From Paraspadella gotoi (taxonomy: Eukaryota; Animalia; Chaetognatha): a stretch of 64,000 nt of DNA. Under the pieces are notes generated by a model that ran no database searches, was not told where the DNA came from, and was given only the letters and a program-made list of their open reading frames with translations. The first letter of the stretch is position 1. Each line of letters opens with the position of its first letter. Both the position numbers and the translations under genes were made by a program. Shown in pieces: positions 22,598 through 37,150 of this stretch. The DNA lies in the NCBI GenBank assembly GCA_051294375.1, contig CM119264.1, forward strand, positions 346,148 through 410,147, read 5' to 3'.

Positions 22598-25500
22598 GCA
22601 AGAAAGGGAAATTAGGTCAACATTGTTTTGAATCATGGCTTTTAACATGTAATCGCCGAAGCTGATTCGGATCAAGAAGGGTAAATCGGTAATGCTGAGT
22701 TTTGTAGGTATTCGAGTCTCTTAAACGGTAAAAAGATTTATTTTACGTTTTTAAATTTTTGTATTTTTGTTTTATTTACATTTTATTTTTAGCTTTTCCA
22801 GTCATCGTGGGGAGCTCCAAATGTTCGCGGGGATCACGACATTCGCGGGATCATCGATCATGGTAGAGATCATTCAGCGTCGCGGGATCAGTAGCTGTTA
22901 TTAAGCAGGTAAGTATTTGGTTTTCATTTAATATTTATTTCAGACTTAACCTTTTTTTTTTTACAGTCAAACGATTTAATCAAGGATATCGGTGAAAGGA
23001 TTTGGCTCTTCGAGGGATCGCCGTGGGATTTTGTCTACGAGGGAATCGTCGCAGAGGATGGGCGTAAGTATCATTTTCGGGGATCGGCGGTCTTCCCGGG
23101 ATTACATCTTCATTGCAGATGGTAACTGGGATGTGGGTTATGTGGATGGGATTGCGTTCACGGGCGGCTCGAGTGGTATTTCTTCGTAAGTTTGAAGTTT
23201 TAGTGAATTAGTTTTATCTTTCAGAAATAAGAATCATCAATGAGAGGAAGGGGCGCAAAACATGAATTTTTTTTTTTTTGAAAAGATATTGGAATTATTT
23301 GGTGACAATTTTACCAATGAAAAGCGAGTAAAGAAAGAAGATAAAACTGAACCGACTTAAATTGGGGTGGAGTAACGATGATTAGATTACCTAGTGTAGG
23401 TAGGTCGTACGATTAAAAACGGAGAACTTCTGTAGCGATTTTGAAATAATATTGAGGATAGAAAGACTTTTCGTCTGTGAAAAGTTGTTTTCATGAATCG
23501 AATCAAGTAAATGAAAGCGAAGTGAGTTTTTGCGTGATTAATCACTAATAAAAATTTTGTTTTAGAAATGCGAAACATTGAATGTAACGTCCCATACAAT
23601 ATTGTCTTTCAATCTTGCGTAACTCTTTCCTCGTTGGCGCAACTGGTCAAGGGTGTCTTGTGGTGCGTTGATCGATGGTCGATAATGAACTCCGAGAATG
23701 GGTAATGTTTAACACGGATTAAGAATTTGCGCGAAAATTGGGCCAAAGTCATCGTGACACTGACCAGTAGGTGGTGTTCGTCGCAAAGGTCGAGATAGGG
23801 AGGTCGGGACGAATTCCAGGATCCTCGTGACTGCGAGTGGAGTACGGTTGAGGCGATCGGGTCACTATTATCCGAGACTGGACGCGGGACGATGGGGGAC
23901 TCTCATCATCATGTGATATCTACAAGAGGTGTATTTTGAAGTATTTAGATTATATTGTAAGGATTTGCAGAATAATTAATGAGTTGAGACGACGCAAACG
24001 ATTGAGATTGACCGAGTGGTGTCAATGCCGTACGGCAGTCACGTTGGGGCGTTCGGACTGAGGACCGATTCTTTCGTTGACTAGAGGCGACGTTCTTGAC
24101 TGAGGCCACGTTAGATTCTAGCGACACAATTTGTATTGGGTGCGACGTTCGTTGATTGGGCGACTTTACATTTTTCTCAATTTTGAGAGAGCAGAGAGAT
24201 TTTGAGGAGATTCTACTTTTTTGTGACTGAAAGTAAGTTGATATCAATTTTAGAAAAGTTAGATTTTCGGTTTCAAAATAGCATAAACAATTTAGTTATA
24301 GTGAAAATTTAATGTTTAAAATGATCATTCCATCTCAAAGGGATGAGAATTTTTTGTCAAGTGTTGATCTTAGGGTAGCAAGACTTTCTCCTTGGGTCTC
24401 TGTAGATGAGCGGCTCCAAAGTTCGTCAGATGCGTGATCTGGTAAGAATTAGGAGGTCGGGGTTGGGGTGGGAGGATCATTGGATTTTTGGGGGTCGGGT
24501 GAGGGGGGGTGGTGAGAAGGGTTATTAAATATTTCATTTTTAATTTAAATTTTTTTTTTAGGTGTGGCGGCCCACCGGACGGACGGAGGGTTCAACAAGG
24601 AGCGCGAGGGATTCGAACGATGGCGGCGATCAGGGCGGTGTATAGGTGAGTAGTATAGATTTATCATGTGATTTATTTTTATTTTCAGGTACGTAAGAAG
24701 AAAATTGTCAAGCGGTATTCACCGGGGAGGTGGTCGGAGGTGGGTGGAGGAGGTTTGGCGGCGGGTGGGGTGGGGCGCTCTACTTTGCGTATGATGCATC
24801 AGTCGTTGTTCATTTGACAGTCGTGCGAGGTAAGTGAGGTAAGTTTGGTTAGGAAAATAAATCATGTATAAAAAAAAAAAAGGTGTCGATTAGTCGCCGG
24901 AGTGATTTTTGTAATACATTTTTTAAAATATCTAAATGAGATTGATTCTTTTTCAGGAGTTTTATCAGCTCTCACAAGGCGATCTTTTATAGAGGAAGGC
25001 GGAGAGGAGGGTTCCCGGCTTGAAGTCCACAGGTCCTTGAACGGCCGATATTCTTTCAGTTTGCTCTTTACTTCTTTGAGATTTAAATAAACGCGAAGAT
25101 CTTGATCCTTCTTACGGATTTTCTTTTATGCCTTGGCGGCGTAATACCTCTCTCAATTGTCGCTGACATTCTCCTGGTAGCGGAATTTTGAATCTTCTGG
25201 AGGTAAAGTAATTTTATTTATTTGGTATTTTTACCTTTTTATTTAGGTTTTTCTTAGGATTCATTGGGCGGGAGTTTGACGAGTAAAGGACGAAGGGGTA
25301 TGCGAGCGTCGCTGGTCGTTGGAACTTGCTCGGAGTAATCGACTTTTCGAAGTTCATTTTCACTGGAGGTCCATCTTTAATTTTATTTAGCTGGTACCTG
25401 GTCTTTAAAAAACGAACGAAATAAAAGTATGAGTCACACAGTCTATCGCGCACACATTATGTCTATACACTAAGTCGAAGATTTTTTGTTTATCGTTACT

Positions 25501-28500
25501 ATTCTTTTAAAGGGAGATCCTTCGCCGGTTCTTCCGTTAGCGGGCCTGGTTTCTTTTTTCAGGCCCTGGGCGGGCTGCTTGATGAGTAGGCGCGAGAGGG
25601 CACAGTGGAGAGGATTCCGAGGAAGCCTTCTCATCATCTCCGGGTTCTCCTCCGCGGCATCCCCTCCACGACGGAGTGGGGTTAGTATGCGGCGTACTCG
25701 TCATAAGTATTCAATTATTGTAATGCAGGTAGTTATTATTTGGTGGTTTTACTGTTTATTGTTTATTTCACTTTTTTTTTTAGGTTTTCCGTGGATTAGA
25801 CTTACTTTGGAACCTTTGAATATCGAGGATGTGGGCAATGTGCCTTAAGCGATTCTTCATGATAGTATCTAAGATATCGACTGAACATAGGAGAAAGAGA
25901 ACACATGAAACGATAGGTACATGAGAATGATGCAATGATGGTTTTTAAAAAACATGAGAATAACAACCTTTTTTATTATTCCTCATTTATTTCATTTGAG
26001 GTTATTTTCGCGGGATGAGTAACAGAAGATATCTCTTTCCTTTGTGATCATTATCTCTTTTACTCGCGAAGTCTTTTTAGAGGCGGCGGACTTTTCTCTC
26101 ATTTTAAAGTTTGTTTCTTCTTTCTGACATCTTCTCGCAGGACTTTCATTCTCATTTTGGCGTTTCTCCTTCGCGCTGCGGTTAGAGCAATCTGCGGCTT
26201 TTTTCGTTTCGTGCGCCGTTTTCTTTGAAATCGACCAAGACATTCTCGAGAGTCATTACAATTAAAAAAAGTTAAATTCGAAATTTGGCATCTCTACAGT
26301 ATTCTTATTGATTACGCGAATTTTCTAAACTCGAATTAGTAGTACGCGTCCTTAATTATCTTTTTTGCTTCGAGCCTCCGAAAATTTATTCTTTGAATTG
26401 TCGAATTTTTTACTTAGAAGCGCATCGCCAAAAACTCGTATTCTTCGCGGCTCGTTATTTTCCATATTGAAAAATTATTTAGCGAATTATTATACAATTC
26501 GAGTAATTCAACATATATGCATTGAATACGTAGTTTTTGCAAGTTCAAAGTAGTCCATTTTTACTTGCCGAAATTTTCGAATATCGATACGCATGACGGT
26601 CTAAGAGAGAAAAATATTTCATTTAATTCAATCGTAATATAAACATAAACAAATATTTACCTTCGAAGTCGTCTCGCGATCCCTTTACAGCGCCGATTGA
26701 ATCCTTCTCGTCACCTCATTGGCCTAGCGTTTGAATTTCTCCCTATTTGTTGCCGGGCCTGGTGAAGTTTCTTTTGTCCGTGTCGAATGAAATCACCCTC
26801 GCTCGCCTGTCGCAGACCTAAAAGAAAGAAGAAATATAGTAAGTTATCAAAAAAAATAAGATACAAAATTCACTGCTGTCCAGTAAATTCTTTGTACGCC
26901 GTCGAAGTCCTCGGTCGCCGTCAACCTCGTCGGTGAATCCTGTCGCGGTCGAACTAAAATAAAAATAATAAAATTAACTATATTAATTACAGAACAACAA
27001 CATATTGTATTTAAATCCTGCTTCGATGAAAGTCCAATTCTGTAAAGGATAATATTAACATTGTGATTAAACTTTTCTTTCGATTGTGTTTTGAGGTAAT
27101 TGAAAGAAGGAGACAAGTCACTGATGAAGCGGCTTGAAATGAAGCGATACTTGTCTTGTACCAATAAAATGAAAATCGTTGCTGGTAAACAAGAGACTTT
27201 TGTCTTCATTGTTCAATTAGGAAATATTAGAAAATTTCAATCATGTTTCAACCCCGCAACTTTATGCAGATATCCAGCTTTGTTTAATTCTCATTCAACA
27301 AATGGAGAATCGATGGAGATCGTAGTCATCGACGAAGACAATGCCATACTTTGGTGGAATTTCATTTCTCGCAAACCATCGCCAAACTCGCCGCAATCCA
27401 TTCGTGAGTGTTCTCGAGCAGATGACATCATAGAAATACTGAAGTCTCAAAATGGCGGCCACGAAACATCCTCGTCGGAATCGAAGACGGAGCCGATGCA
27501 GCTTGATGAATCGATCATTCGGAAGGATGCTCGGTCGAATTTAGAAAGAAATAGGGCACGAAGACAAGCTCGCGAGAAAGTCGCTCGGCGAATCACAAAA
27601 CGCGAAGAAAAAAGAAGGGCGAGAAATGGAGAAATTGGAAAAGAAGAGTGGACTGAGATGAGAATGATGTTTTAAATGAGAGAGGAGAGTCGCGCTCTAG
27701 AAAAATGCGAGCGAAGATAGAAAGAGTCTCGAGCAGAAAGAGAGATCGGCGGCTATTCTATACGTCAAGACCCAAATGGAGAATCTCCAAGATAAAATGC
27801 CATGAACGTATCTTTTTGAACTCTAACTTCAACTTACCATTTTCTTAGTTTTTGTTCATTTGAATTATGGATTATTTTAAGATGTGTCTTCTACAAAAAT
27901 AATGTTTCGTTCTTTATTTTGGAGTACTTACTTTCACATTCAGGTCGCATATTCAGTATACATTTCAAAACCTTTCAACATCTCGAGAATGAATCCGAAT
28001 CAGAGTGGCAAAGTAAGTATATTCTAGTGGAAAGACTAAAAGCAAATATATAATATATAAGTAAGCATAGAAGTACTAGTACATAATACTTACCTGCCAA
28101 CAGTCCATAAGGAAGTATACAAAGGCACTAGTGAACGCAAGGCCCAGTGATAGATAGGGTACATCAGGGGGAGCTATGGCAGAAGAGAAGGAGGGAATAA
28201 GATGAGAGAAATTTGCCTCAGGCACTCGTCTCCACCGGTACTTTCGTAAGTATTCGCTGCCTACTACGACCTGGAGGCGGGATCCCAAGTGCGCACAAAG
28301 GATTGGAGCTGCACAATTCAGCTGACGACGAGGATCGTCTCATTAAAGAAAAAAATAACATAAAAGAAAGGAGGTAAGTTCATTATGAGAACATGTGAGT
28401 TGTGATAAAGGACTCCGTCCAGTTGTTGTATTGATATTTTGTTTTCATGGTTTTTTTTAAATCGCAGTAAGCACTTTCAATTAGATTGACAAAATGAAAA

Positions 28501-31209
28501 TATCTGCAAAACGAACTTGAGAAAGCGATCGCTCAGTGCTAGATTCAACGCGGGACAGAGATGTGGGTTGTCTCGAGCCAATCTCGGAACTATGCGAAGG
28601 ACGACTAAAGCGATAAGAATAGGGCGATGAAGCAAGGAGGAAGTGAGAAACTGCAAGCACAGCAAGCGAAACCTGAATCTGGCATCCAAAGATGACGTAG
28701 GCGTGAACATCTGCCCAAAGGTTACAAGCGAAGATTCGATCTGGACAGACAAGCCGCCGAAATACCACCAATCCATCTTCAACAGTGAAAGGATGCTAGT
28801 GAGATCGTAATGAACTCTGATTATCTTAAAGGAGATAATCATGTGGTGAAATGTCAATTTTTATATTACATGAATTTGAATTTCAGTTTAAGCCTTAATA
28901 CCAAACTCCTCGTGATGAACGTCAAATGACGAATCACGCGACCGTCAAGGAGTGCCTCCACCGTCCTCCACCGCCTCCTCCGAGCAAACCCTTCGGCCAG
29001 TCTTTTTCGTATGTTCTGAAATAAATACCAAATTATATATATACATATCACCTGATACTTCAGCCGTGTCGCCGGTCGTCGATCACTTGTCTCTCAGGTC
29101 GCTCAAAATCCGTCGTCGACCGTCGTCGAATCCCTCGTGCGCGTGTCGAATCTCGCGCCGGTCGTCAATCCCTCATCCGTGGTCAATCCTTGTCGCCGCC
29201 GCACTAAAAAAAAAAAATAATTAAAAAAACTTAAAATTAATAACCTTCACCACCCCCTCACCGACCCCCCAGAAAATCCAATGGACTTGCACACGCCAAC
29301 CCGACCTCCATCTTACCAATCGGCAATCTTTCGGAAGCTTTTGGGCGGCCACATCTCAGAGACCAGGAGAAAGTCGTTCTACCTAAAGATCAACAGCTTG
29401 ACAAAAAATTATCTCACTTTGAGGATGGAATTCTATATTTAAACATTAAATATTTTCACTCATAACTCAAATTGTGTTGAATCTAATTGATAGAACGAAA
29501 ATTCTAAACTTGTTTCTAAAAATGTGATTAACCTCTACTATTCAGTCAAAAATAGATATTCCACAAACTCTTTCTCTCTCTCTCAATTGAGAAAATGGAA
29601 CAGTCGGCCCCAATTGAACGAAACGTCGGCCCGAATCACGAAACGTCGGCCTCAGTCAATGAAACGTCGGCCTCAGTCAGCAAAATGTCTCAGTCAACGA
29701 AGTCGCCATCAACAAAATGTCGGCCTCAGTCAACGAAACGTCGGCCCCATCAACGAGCGTCGACCCAGTCAACGAAGCGACGGCCTCGAGTCTCGAAACC
29801 GACGTCGGAAGTCTCAATCGTTTGCGTACGTCAAACTCATAAATTTTTCTTGGCAATCCTTTAAAAATTATATCTAAATACTTCAAAATACTTACTCTTT
29901 GTAGGGAATTACCATGATGAGAGTCCCGCCATGTCCCGCGTCCAGTCTCGAGATAGCGTAGGACCCGATCGCCTCAACCGTTACTCCACTCTCGAGGGTC
30001 ACGGAGATCTCGAATTCGTCACCAATCAGGACTCCTATTCTCGGAGCCTGTTATGCCCGACAAAAGAACCCACGTAACGGCAATTGGTCACGATGCTGTT
30101 GGCCCAATTTTCGAGGCGAAGAGTTTCTGGAACCGTGTGTAGACATACTCCATTACTTTGGAAGTTCATTATCGCGACCGATTCAAACGCAACCGAGAAA
30201 GATACCCTTGAGCATTGGCGCCACGAGAAGAGGTAAACCGCAAGATTGGAAAGATCGAAATTTGATGATTTTGGAACGGTTACATGTAAGATGTTTCCAT
30301 TTCTAAAAAAAATTGTCTTTGTAAGTATTAGATGACGCGGGGAAAACATCACAGTCAGAACTTATCAATTTTTGATTGCGTTCATTAGAGACACTTTTAA
30401 ACGGAGGAAGTTTCCTATCCTACATTAATTATTTTCAAAAAATCGCTACGGAAGTTCTCCGTTTTTATTCATTAGACTTCTCACATGACACTAGGTGAAC
30501 TAAATCATTCGTCTCGCCCAATTTAATGTCGTTAGTTTATTTCTTCTTTTCTATTGCTCGCGATTTATGTCATCTGGTAAATTGTACCAAAGTAATTCTA
30601 ATATTTTCAAAAACGCACAAAATTAATGTTTTTGCGCGCCCGTGTCTCTCTCATTGATGATTCATTATCATGAAAGATAAAACATTAAAAATTCACAAAA
30701 ACTTCAACATATATACTGATGAGGGAAGATCAATCCGCGAAGTGAAGACGCGGAAGATCCATCCGTGAGTGAAGGACGCGAGATCCGATCCGCAAAAGTG
30801 AAAGCGTGCGAAGATCATCCGCGAAGTTGAAGAGCGCGAAGATCCATCCGGAAAGGGAGCCGAAGTCATCGGAAGATGCAGACGCCGAAGATACCATCCG
30901 GGTGACGGAATGACTCACGAGTCGCCGAAGATTCACCGCGCAAGCTCGAAGAAGCGGAAGTCCATACCGCAAAATGTAATACTTACTGCGATACTCTGCG
31001 ACAATCCCTCGAAGAAAACAGTAGACCACGGCGAGCCTCGAAGACGCAAATACCTCGCGTATGACTCTTTGAGTGGTGCTGTAAAAAAAAAGGTGTAAGT
31101 CTGAAATAATATTAAAATGAGAAAACAAGTACTTACCTGTTTAGATAACACTTACGCTGATGCCACCGCCGACGCTGATGATCTACGATGTCGATGATCC
31201 TGCGATGTG
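22598..31209. mobile_element. Palindromic multigene cassette, copy 3 (tandem direct repeat of copy 2, noisier)
   Basis: Colinear with 14150-22470 throughout, e.g. 16110~24562, 17055~25512, 18600~27121, 21092~29595. Confidence 0.75.
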
Positions 31210-31819
31210 NNNNNNNNNNNNNNNNNNNNNNNNNAGAGAAAAAAGAGCCATGAAGACGCGAATACTGCCTAACAGTTCCAAAGAGAACTAGAAACAGACA
31301 GGAGAAAGGAAGCCAGATACGGAACTATACAGCGATAAAGAAGAGAGAGGAGAGAGAGAGAGAGAACGAGAGAGAGGAGAGACAAGATCCCGGTGGATTG
31401 CTCGCTTCCGCGCAGCAGCCGAGAAGCAGAGAGAAAGAGATAATAGAAAGGAGAGCGAAAAGAGCCAGCTTACAGATACAGCGGACAAAAGAGCAGACCG
31501 AGAGAGAGAGAATTAAAATAAACATTCTGAAAAAGAAGAAGCCCAGAGAGAGATAGAAGAGGAATACTTTTTGCAGAAAAATTAGACTCCGAGCAGTAAA
31601 CTCATGAGTCATCATCATTCAACTCTTACGCGTCGGGAGAAAGACTTCACTTCGGAAAAACTTCACTAAATTAGTGACTCAACGCACAAAAAAAACAGAC
31701 AACAACAACGACGGACAAACAATAACATTACCATTCATCCATTTCTCCTCCAATCTAAGTACAACGCGAGTCCGTTTTAAAACACGACGGAGATGTAGAG
31801 GATAGAAGAAGTACAGATG

Positions 31820-32245
31820 GCATGATGGCCAGAGGAGAGGCATGCGACCAGCAGAGATAGTTATTTACTGTGCAGAGGGAGATGGCATTTACTGGCAAGA
31901 TGGTATTGGACTGGACCATAGGAGAGTTGGCAATTGCACTGTCAGAGGAGATGGTAGTGCACTGACAGAAGATGGGCATTGCACTGCAGTGGAGGAATGG
32001 TCTTTGACAGGCAGAGGAAGATGGCTTGACTGACAGAGGGAGAAAGGTCAAGACGACCGAGACAGATGTCATTGTACTGACCGAGCGAGACACTGTCATT
32101 GATGGACAGAGGAGATAGCATTCAATTGGCTGAGGAGACTGGCATTGACGGACAGAGGATATGTCATTGACTGACAGAGGAGAAGGTATTGACCGACCGA
32201 GAAGATGTCTATTGACCTGACAGAGGAGATGTCATTCACTGGCAA
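31820..32245 (+). repeat. ~22-bp minisatellite (GACAGAGGAGATGGCATTGACT)n
   Basis: Direct reading of degenerate units. Confidence 0.75.
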
Positions 32246-32389
32246 GGAGTGATTGTCGAGTGATGGCGTTGTCAGTGAGTGTGATGGATTGCCAGTCGCA
32301 GCCTATGGCTCGATTGCCAGGCATGCACGTGATGGCTATGTCAAATGAAGTAATGCATTTTCAAATGAGTTGATGGGATGGCCATTTTG

Positions 32390-33076
32390 AGTATGGCATT
32401 GCCAGTTGAGCAATATCGTAGCCCAGTCTAGTAATGGCATTGCCAAATCTAGTAATGCATTGCCAGTCTAGTAATGGCCCATTTACCAGTCTATGATGGC
32501 ATTGCCAGTCTAGTATTGCATTACTGTTAGATTAATATTCGACATCTTTGGCACAGAGAAAGGGACAGAACAGCCGATTGAATTACATCTAGACAGAGCC
32601 GGTCTAAGAGGTAAGTAAATATGACAGCTGAATAACTGGAAGCAGCCCTGACGAGTTTAGTTTATGAATCTGACTTTAGGAACAAACAAGGACGTTCAAA
32701 TTAAAGGATAAAAAGATTCCATATAAAATATGGCTGACTTCTAGAATCCATTTGTAATAAATGGCCGATAGTGGCAGGATACTCGATAAAGGCGATATTT
32801 TTCATGATCGATGAGTCCCGGGTTCGAGACTCTGATGTTTAAAAACATTTATTTACAATGATTCTATGCTCTGTATTAATTATTTAAATAAATGATATCA
32901 TTAATTTTATTTCCAAGGATTGGAAAGCTACATTACCAGCTAGTAAATGGCCATTGCCAGGTCTAATAATGGCAATTGCCATCTAGTAATGGCCATTACC
33001 AGTCTAGTAACGGAATTGCCAGTCTAGTAATGGCATGCCAGTTTAGTAATGGGCATCTGCTATCTAGTAATGGCAC
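32390..33076 (+). repeat. 20-bp minisatellite (GCCAGTCTAGTAATGGCATT)n in two blocks (32390-32525 and 32930-33076)
   Basis: Direct reading. Interrupted by ~400 bp of other sequence. Confidence 0.75.
32762..32835 (+). mobile_element. Possible tRNA-derived SINE head
   Basis: A-box-like TGGCCGATAGTGG and B-box-like GGTTCGAGAC with plausible spacing, in noisy sequence. Confidence 0.3.
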
Positions 33077-33661
33077 CCTTGAATACGAAAATATCTTTTT
33101 TTTTGCGTCTATCGAAAAAATTTTCGCTGTCGTCGGACAAAATCATTTTTTATTTCTCTCGCAAATTCGTTTTTACTCAACCCTTCCTCTCCCTTGCCCT
33201 CACTTCACTTCCTATCAATTTGTGGTTCATTTCAAATGAGCAATTGAGTTATTCATCTATTTTACATATTTTGTAGCAGTTTAGATTATTTCTCATATAC
33301 TTTTGATTAGATATTTATAAAAATTAACTTATTTTAAGTATTTTAACAATACATTTTCAATAGAGTTTAATTAATAATATAATTTTAGTTTCCAGTTTAT
33401 CATGCAGAGCGGGATCAAACTAGTAATAGAAATCGGAAGATAGACATGGAACCCTCTCATTGGCCAGGATGATATTTTACCTTTACCTCCGAATCCGATT
33501 GGAACTGTATACAATATGGAACAAAATTGTTATCTCTCCGTTGAACTTTATTCTTGCCTGGGGATATTTGACACCTGCGTCGTCGTGTTTTAATCTTCTG
33601 AGAAATAAATTCCATTCTGGTTTCTAAATTTAAATCCCTGTCTACTTACTTTAAATGTGGT

Positions 33662-33693
33662 TGCCAGCGGTAGGATTCGAACCCACGCTCCCC
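33662..33693 (-). pseudogene. 3' fragment of a tRNA-Leu-like sequence or tRNA-derived SINE
   Basis: Reverse complement GGGGAGCGTGGGTTCGAATCCTACCGCTGGCA resembles the T-arm and acceptor strand of eukaryotic tRNA-Leu. It is truncated at the HINE-like end, so it is not a complete tRNA. Confidence 0.5.
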
Positions 33694-33695
33694 TG

Positions 33696-34425
33696 TTATC
33701 GGATCGGTTAGCAAGCAGATCCGGACTCTACTAATATCACTTTGTCGGTCGGTCATCCACCCCCTAAAATCTTGTCGGTAAATCATTTTATCTTATCGAA
33801 CATTCGAATTATGATAAATTGCAAAAAAAATGATGCGCCTATCCGTCATATCGTCCGTCCCCCTTAGCAATAATACCAATTTTGTCAATGACAAGAATTA
33901 TTACAAAGTTGACCAAATTATGGCGCTGATTGACCAAATTATGCCAATTGAATCCAATTATGTCAGTTGACCATCTTTTCCAGTTGACAATATATACAAG
34001 GTTATACAATTATACAAGTTGATGTATTATTATTGAGTTGACCGAAGATTAAGCAAGTTAACCAATATCGGTTGACATGTTGCCGTTTGGATCAAATATA
34101 TGCCCAGCATGACCAAATTTTATGCAGCAGTTGCCAAATTATGTCAGTTGACAAAATTATTCAGTTGATACCAATTGCCAAGTTAACCAAATGTTATGCC
34201 AGTTGACAAATTATGCCTGTAGACCAAATTATCTCAGTGATCAAATATGTTCCATTGACCTTAGTTCCGTTGACTAAAAAATGCAAGTTGATTAAATTAT
34301 ACAAGTTTGATTAAATTATGCAAGTGACCAAATTAATGCCATGTCCGAAATTATGGCAGTTGACCAAATTAAGCAAGTTAACCAAATTATCCATTGACAA
34401 AATCCAAATTTGACCCAATAAGCAG
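33696..34425 (+). mobile_element. HINE-like 5' end followed by an 18-bp tandem array
   Basis: ATCGGATCGGTTAGCAAGCAGATCCGGACTCTAC..TTTGTCGGTCGGTC..ATGATAAATTGCAAAAAAAA..CGTCCGTCC matches the 63186 and 54870 ends. It is followed by (GTTGACCAAATTATGCCA)n from about 33890 to 34420. Confidence 0.55.
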
Positions 34426-34429
34426 TACA

Positions 34430-36862
34430 TAGCAGTAAATATATCAGAAATTCTCATAAAAGAGTTCAAGTGATCAAGGTCAGATTCGTCATCTCAATCA
34501 CTCAGTGTCCTTTCCTAGCCAGTTGCATCTTTTTTCCTTATGGCCTCTCTTTGCCCATTCCTTGCCTAGATGGGAAATCTTTTTTGTGTATTTTCATATA
34601 AATATACTTGGTAGAGAAAGTTTTTCTCTCTATTCGTTTCTTAGCTCGTAAAAATATTTTAACGTATATATCACGATGAATCTCGGGAAAAACGTCCATG
34701 ATTGATTGAAGTTGGAACTTTGAAAAATAAAAATTTTAGAAAAATATTTCAATACTTCACTTTCCACGAAATTGTCTTCTTTGTTTGAAGTTGTATTTGT
34801 CTATTACCAGAGGACCCCGGTTTTTCGGGCTTGGTCTTCAAGGATCTTTGATCGTCTTGGCGATCTCAATCGTAGACCTTCCGCGATTGGAGGTTTTATT
34901 TCTTTTGCTTCATTGCACTCAGTCGACTCTCCATTCGCAGTGTTCCTTGTAGGACGTTTCAGACGCCATGACTGACTTTGCTGGATTTCTATTCGTTCTT
35001 CTTTTCCCTCTCTCTTTCGTCTCGCTTTCAGTTCCCAGTTCGTCTGAAGACGAGACTTTCACTCCTAAAGTTCTCTTGATCGTTTCTCATCAGCTTGACT
35101 CTCTCCCATTCTTTTCGAGATTTCGGACTTGGATCTCTTCATATGGATTTTTCCCTGGCCATGATGCAAGGTAAGTTATCAAATTAAACGTTTTAATGGT
35201 AAATAAATTCGCCAGAAAGAGTAATTCTATAATAAAGTTGACGGGAATGAACCAATCAGAAGTGTAAGTTAAATTTTTATCTTGGCGGAGTATGAGCGAT
35301 AAGTCGATGTGACTTATAGTTTGGACGGCTTCTGAAAATTATAATGATGCGAATTTGAGTTCATTGATCGCGTCTGCGTCCAGTTTGCGCGGATAATGGG
35401 CGCTTTCCTCCGTCCATTATAATATTCCTGACCGGGTGGATTATTCTTCTGGCTGTTCCTCGCCCACTTCATGTATACAGCTTCAAATTCTTTTTGAGCG
35501 GCTCCGGAATTGAAGTTTTTAAACTTGCGGCGAGATGTTCATTCTCTGCCAAGGAGTCGAGGTAATAGCGAACGAGTTGTCCGACATTATCTGGAAGTGG
35601 ACGTGAAGAAAAAAAGGATGTAATAAAAAGTATAATATTTAACAAGAATGAGTTCTTGCTTTTAATAATTCAATGATCTGCAAGATGAAGGTTTTATCAT
35701 TATTTAATATGGGAACTGAGTGATAATTTGTTCCAGAAGGATCCCAATCGCCAATGTTTCTCCTTCCATCATTGCGAACGGATTGTTGAGGTTGAGAACT
35801 CTCTCACGATCCACGTAGATTTCCTTCCAAGGCCTCCTTTCGATGTGAGCAAAGATTTTCCCGGTCTCTTGCGGAGATCACCGTCGGGAGACGCGGCGTG
35901 TCTCTCGTCGACGGCTTGTTCATCTGATTCCGTCCTTTCCTTCCATTAAGTTTATATTTTTTCGTTTCGTAAATCGTTTAAAAACGAGGTGAAATATGTT
36001 CTTTTAAAATGTTTCATATGTAATTCCCCTCAGATTTGGATATTCGAGCGAGAATTATCTGAAAGATGGCACTGAAAGAAAATGGTTTCAAAATTAACGA
36101 AATGTTAGTGCAATTCAATGAACACGGGTAAGTCTCTTTCACACTTGGCGTTAAAAAAAAAAAATTTGATTAAAGTTGACAGAGTTCAGTTTTCACTCTG
36201 TTTCGAAAATCTAACAATGATTTTTTCTGAGCTTTATCTCGTCTTCTCTTGATCGCTTCCGATAGTCTCGAGCTTTCTTGATCTTCTCCAGCTGCTCTCG
36301 TCTTGTTGAACCAATGGTCGAATCTTCTTTTGAACTCGATGTAAAATTCGAAAAGGATTAGGTTCAAATATCGTATTGAAACATTGACTCTGCGGCGTTA
36401 AGCCATTTTAGCTGAAGCTAAAGGGGAAAAAAATTAGGTCAATCAAGATTTATGTTTGTGTGTGTAATTGCTGAAGCAAGAAAGGGAAATTACAGGTCAA
36501 CATTGTTTGAACATGGCTTTACATGTTAATCGCCGAAGCTGAATTACGGTCAAGAAGGGTAAAATCGAATAATTGAGTTTGTGAGATATCGTGTCTCTTA
36601 AAGGTAAAAAACGATTTATTTTTTTAATTTTTTATTTTTGTTTTTATTTTTACTAATTTTATTTTTCTTTTCCAGTCATCGTGGGAGCTCCAATCGTCAC
36701 GGTATCCGATACGACATTCGCAGGATCATCGACATGTGAGATCATCAGCGTCGCGGGGATCAGGTAAGTGCTTATTAAAGGGTAAGTACTTGGTTCCATT
36801 TTGAAATATTATTTCAGTGACTTAACCTTTTTTGTTTACAAGTAACCGACTTCAAAGAATCA
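34430..36862 (-). other. Additional cassette segment with degraded minus-strand K/R/E-rich ORFs, running into the cassette outer-arm start (36477-36862)
   Basis: ORF 36170-36367 (..FYIEFKRRFDHWFNKTRAAGEDQESSRLSEAIKRRRDKAQKK..), coding-like blocks at 34770-35165 and 35740-35947, and plus-strand GTAAGT donors at 35171 and 36128. 36477-36862 matches 1-390. Confidence 0.4.
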
Positions 36863-36864
36863 TA

Positions 36865-37150
36865 GCAAGTTAACCAAATTATGCCAGTTGTCCAAATTAT
36901 GCCAATAAGCAAGTTAACCAAATTATGCCAGTTGTCCAAATTATTTCAGTTGACCACATTTTACAAGTTGACCAAATTATGCCAGTTAACCAAATTATGC
37001 CAGTTGACCAAATTATGTCAGTTGACCACATTTTGCAAGTTGAAAAAAATCTACCAGTTGACCATATTATGCCAATTCACCAAATTATGCCTGTTGACCA
37101 AATTATGCGAGATGACCACATTATGAAAGTTGACCTAATTATGCAAGTTA
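36865..37150 (+). repeat. 18-bp minisatellite (GTTGACCAAATTATGCCA)n
   Basis: Direct reading. Also at 33890-34420 (+), and inverted at 13740-14100 and 22475-22555. Confidence 0.9.

Noticed and set aside
22472-31209. Tandem duplication of the cassette as a biological event
   Set aside because: Not accepted as established. Copies 2 and 3 share the same insert and differ by indel noise, so they may be one locus assembled twice.
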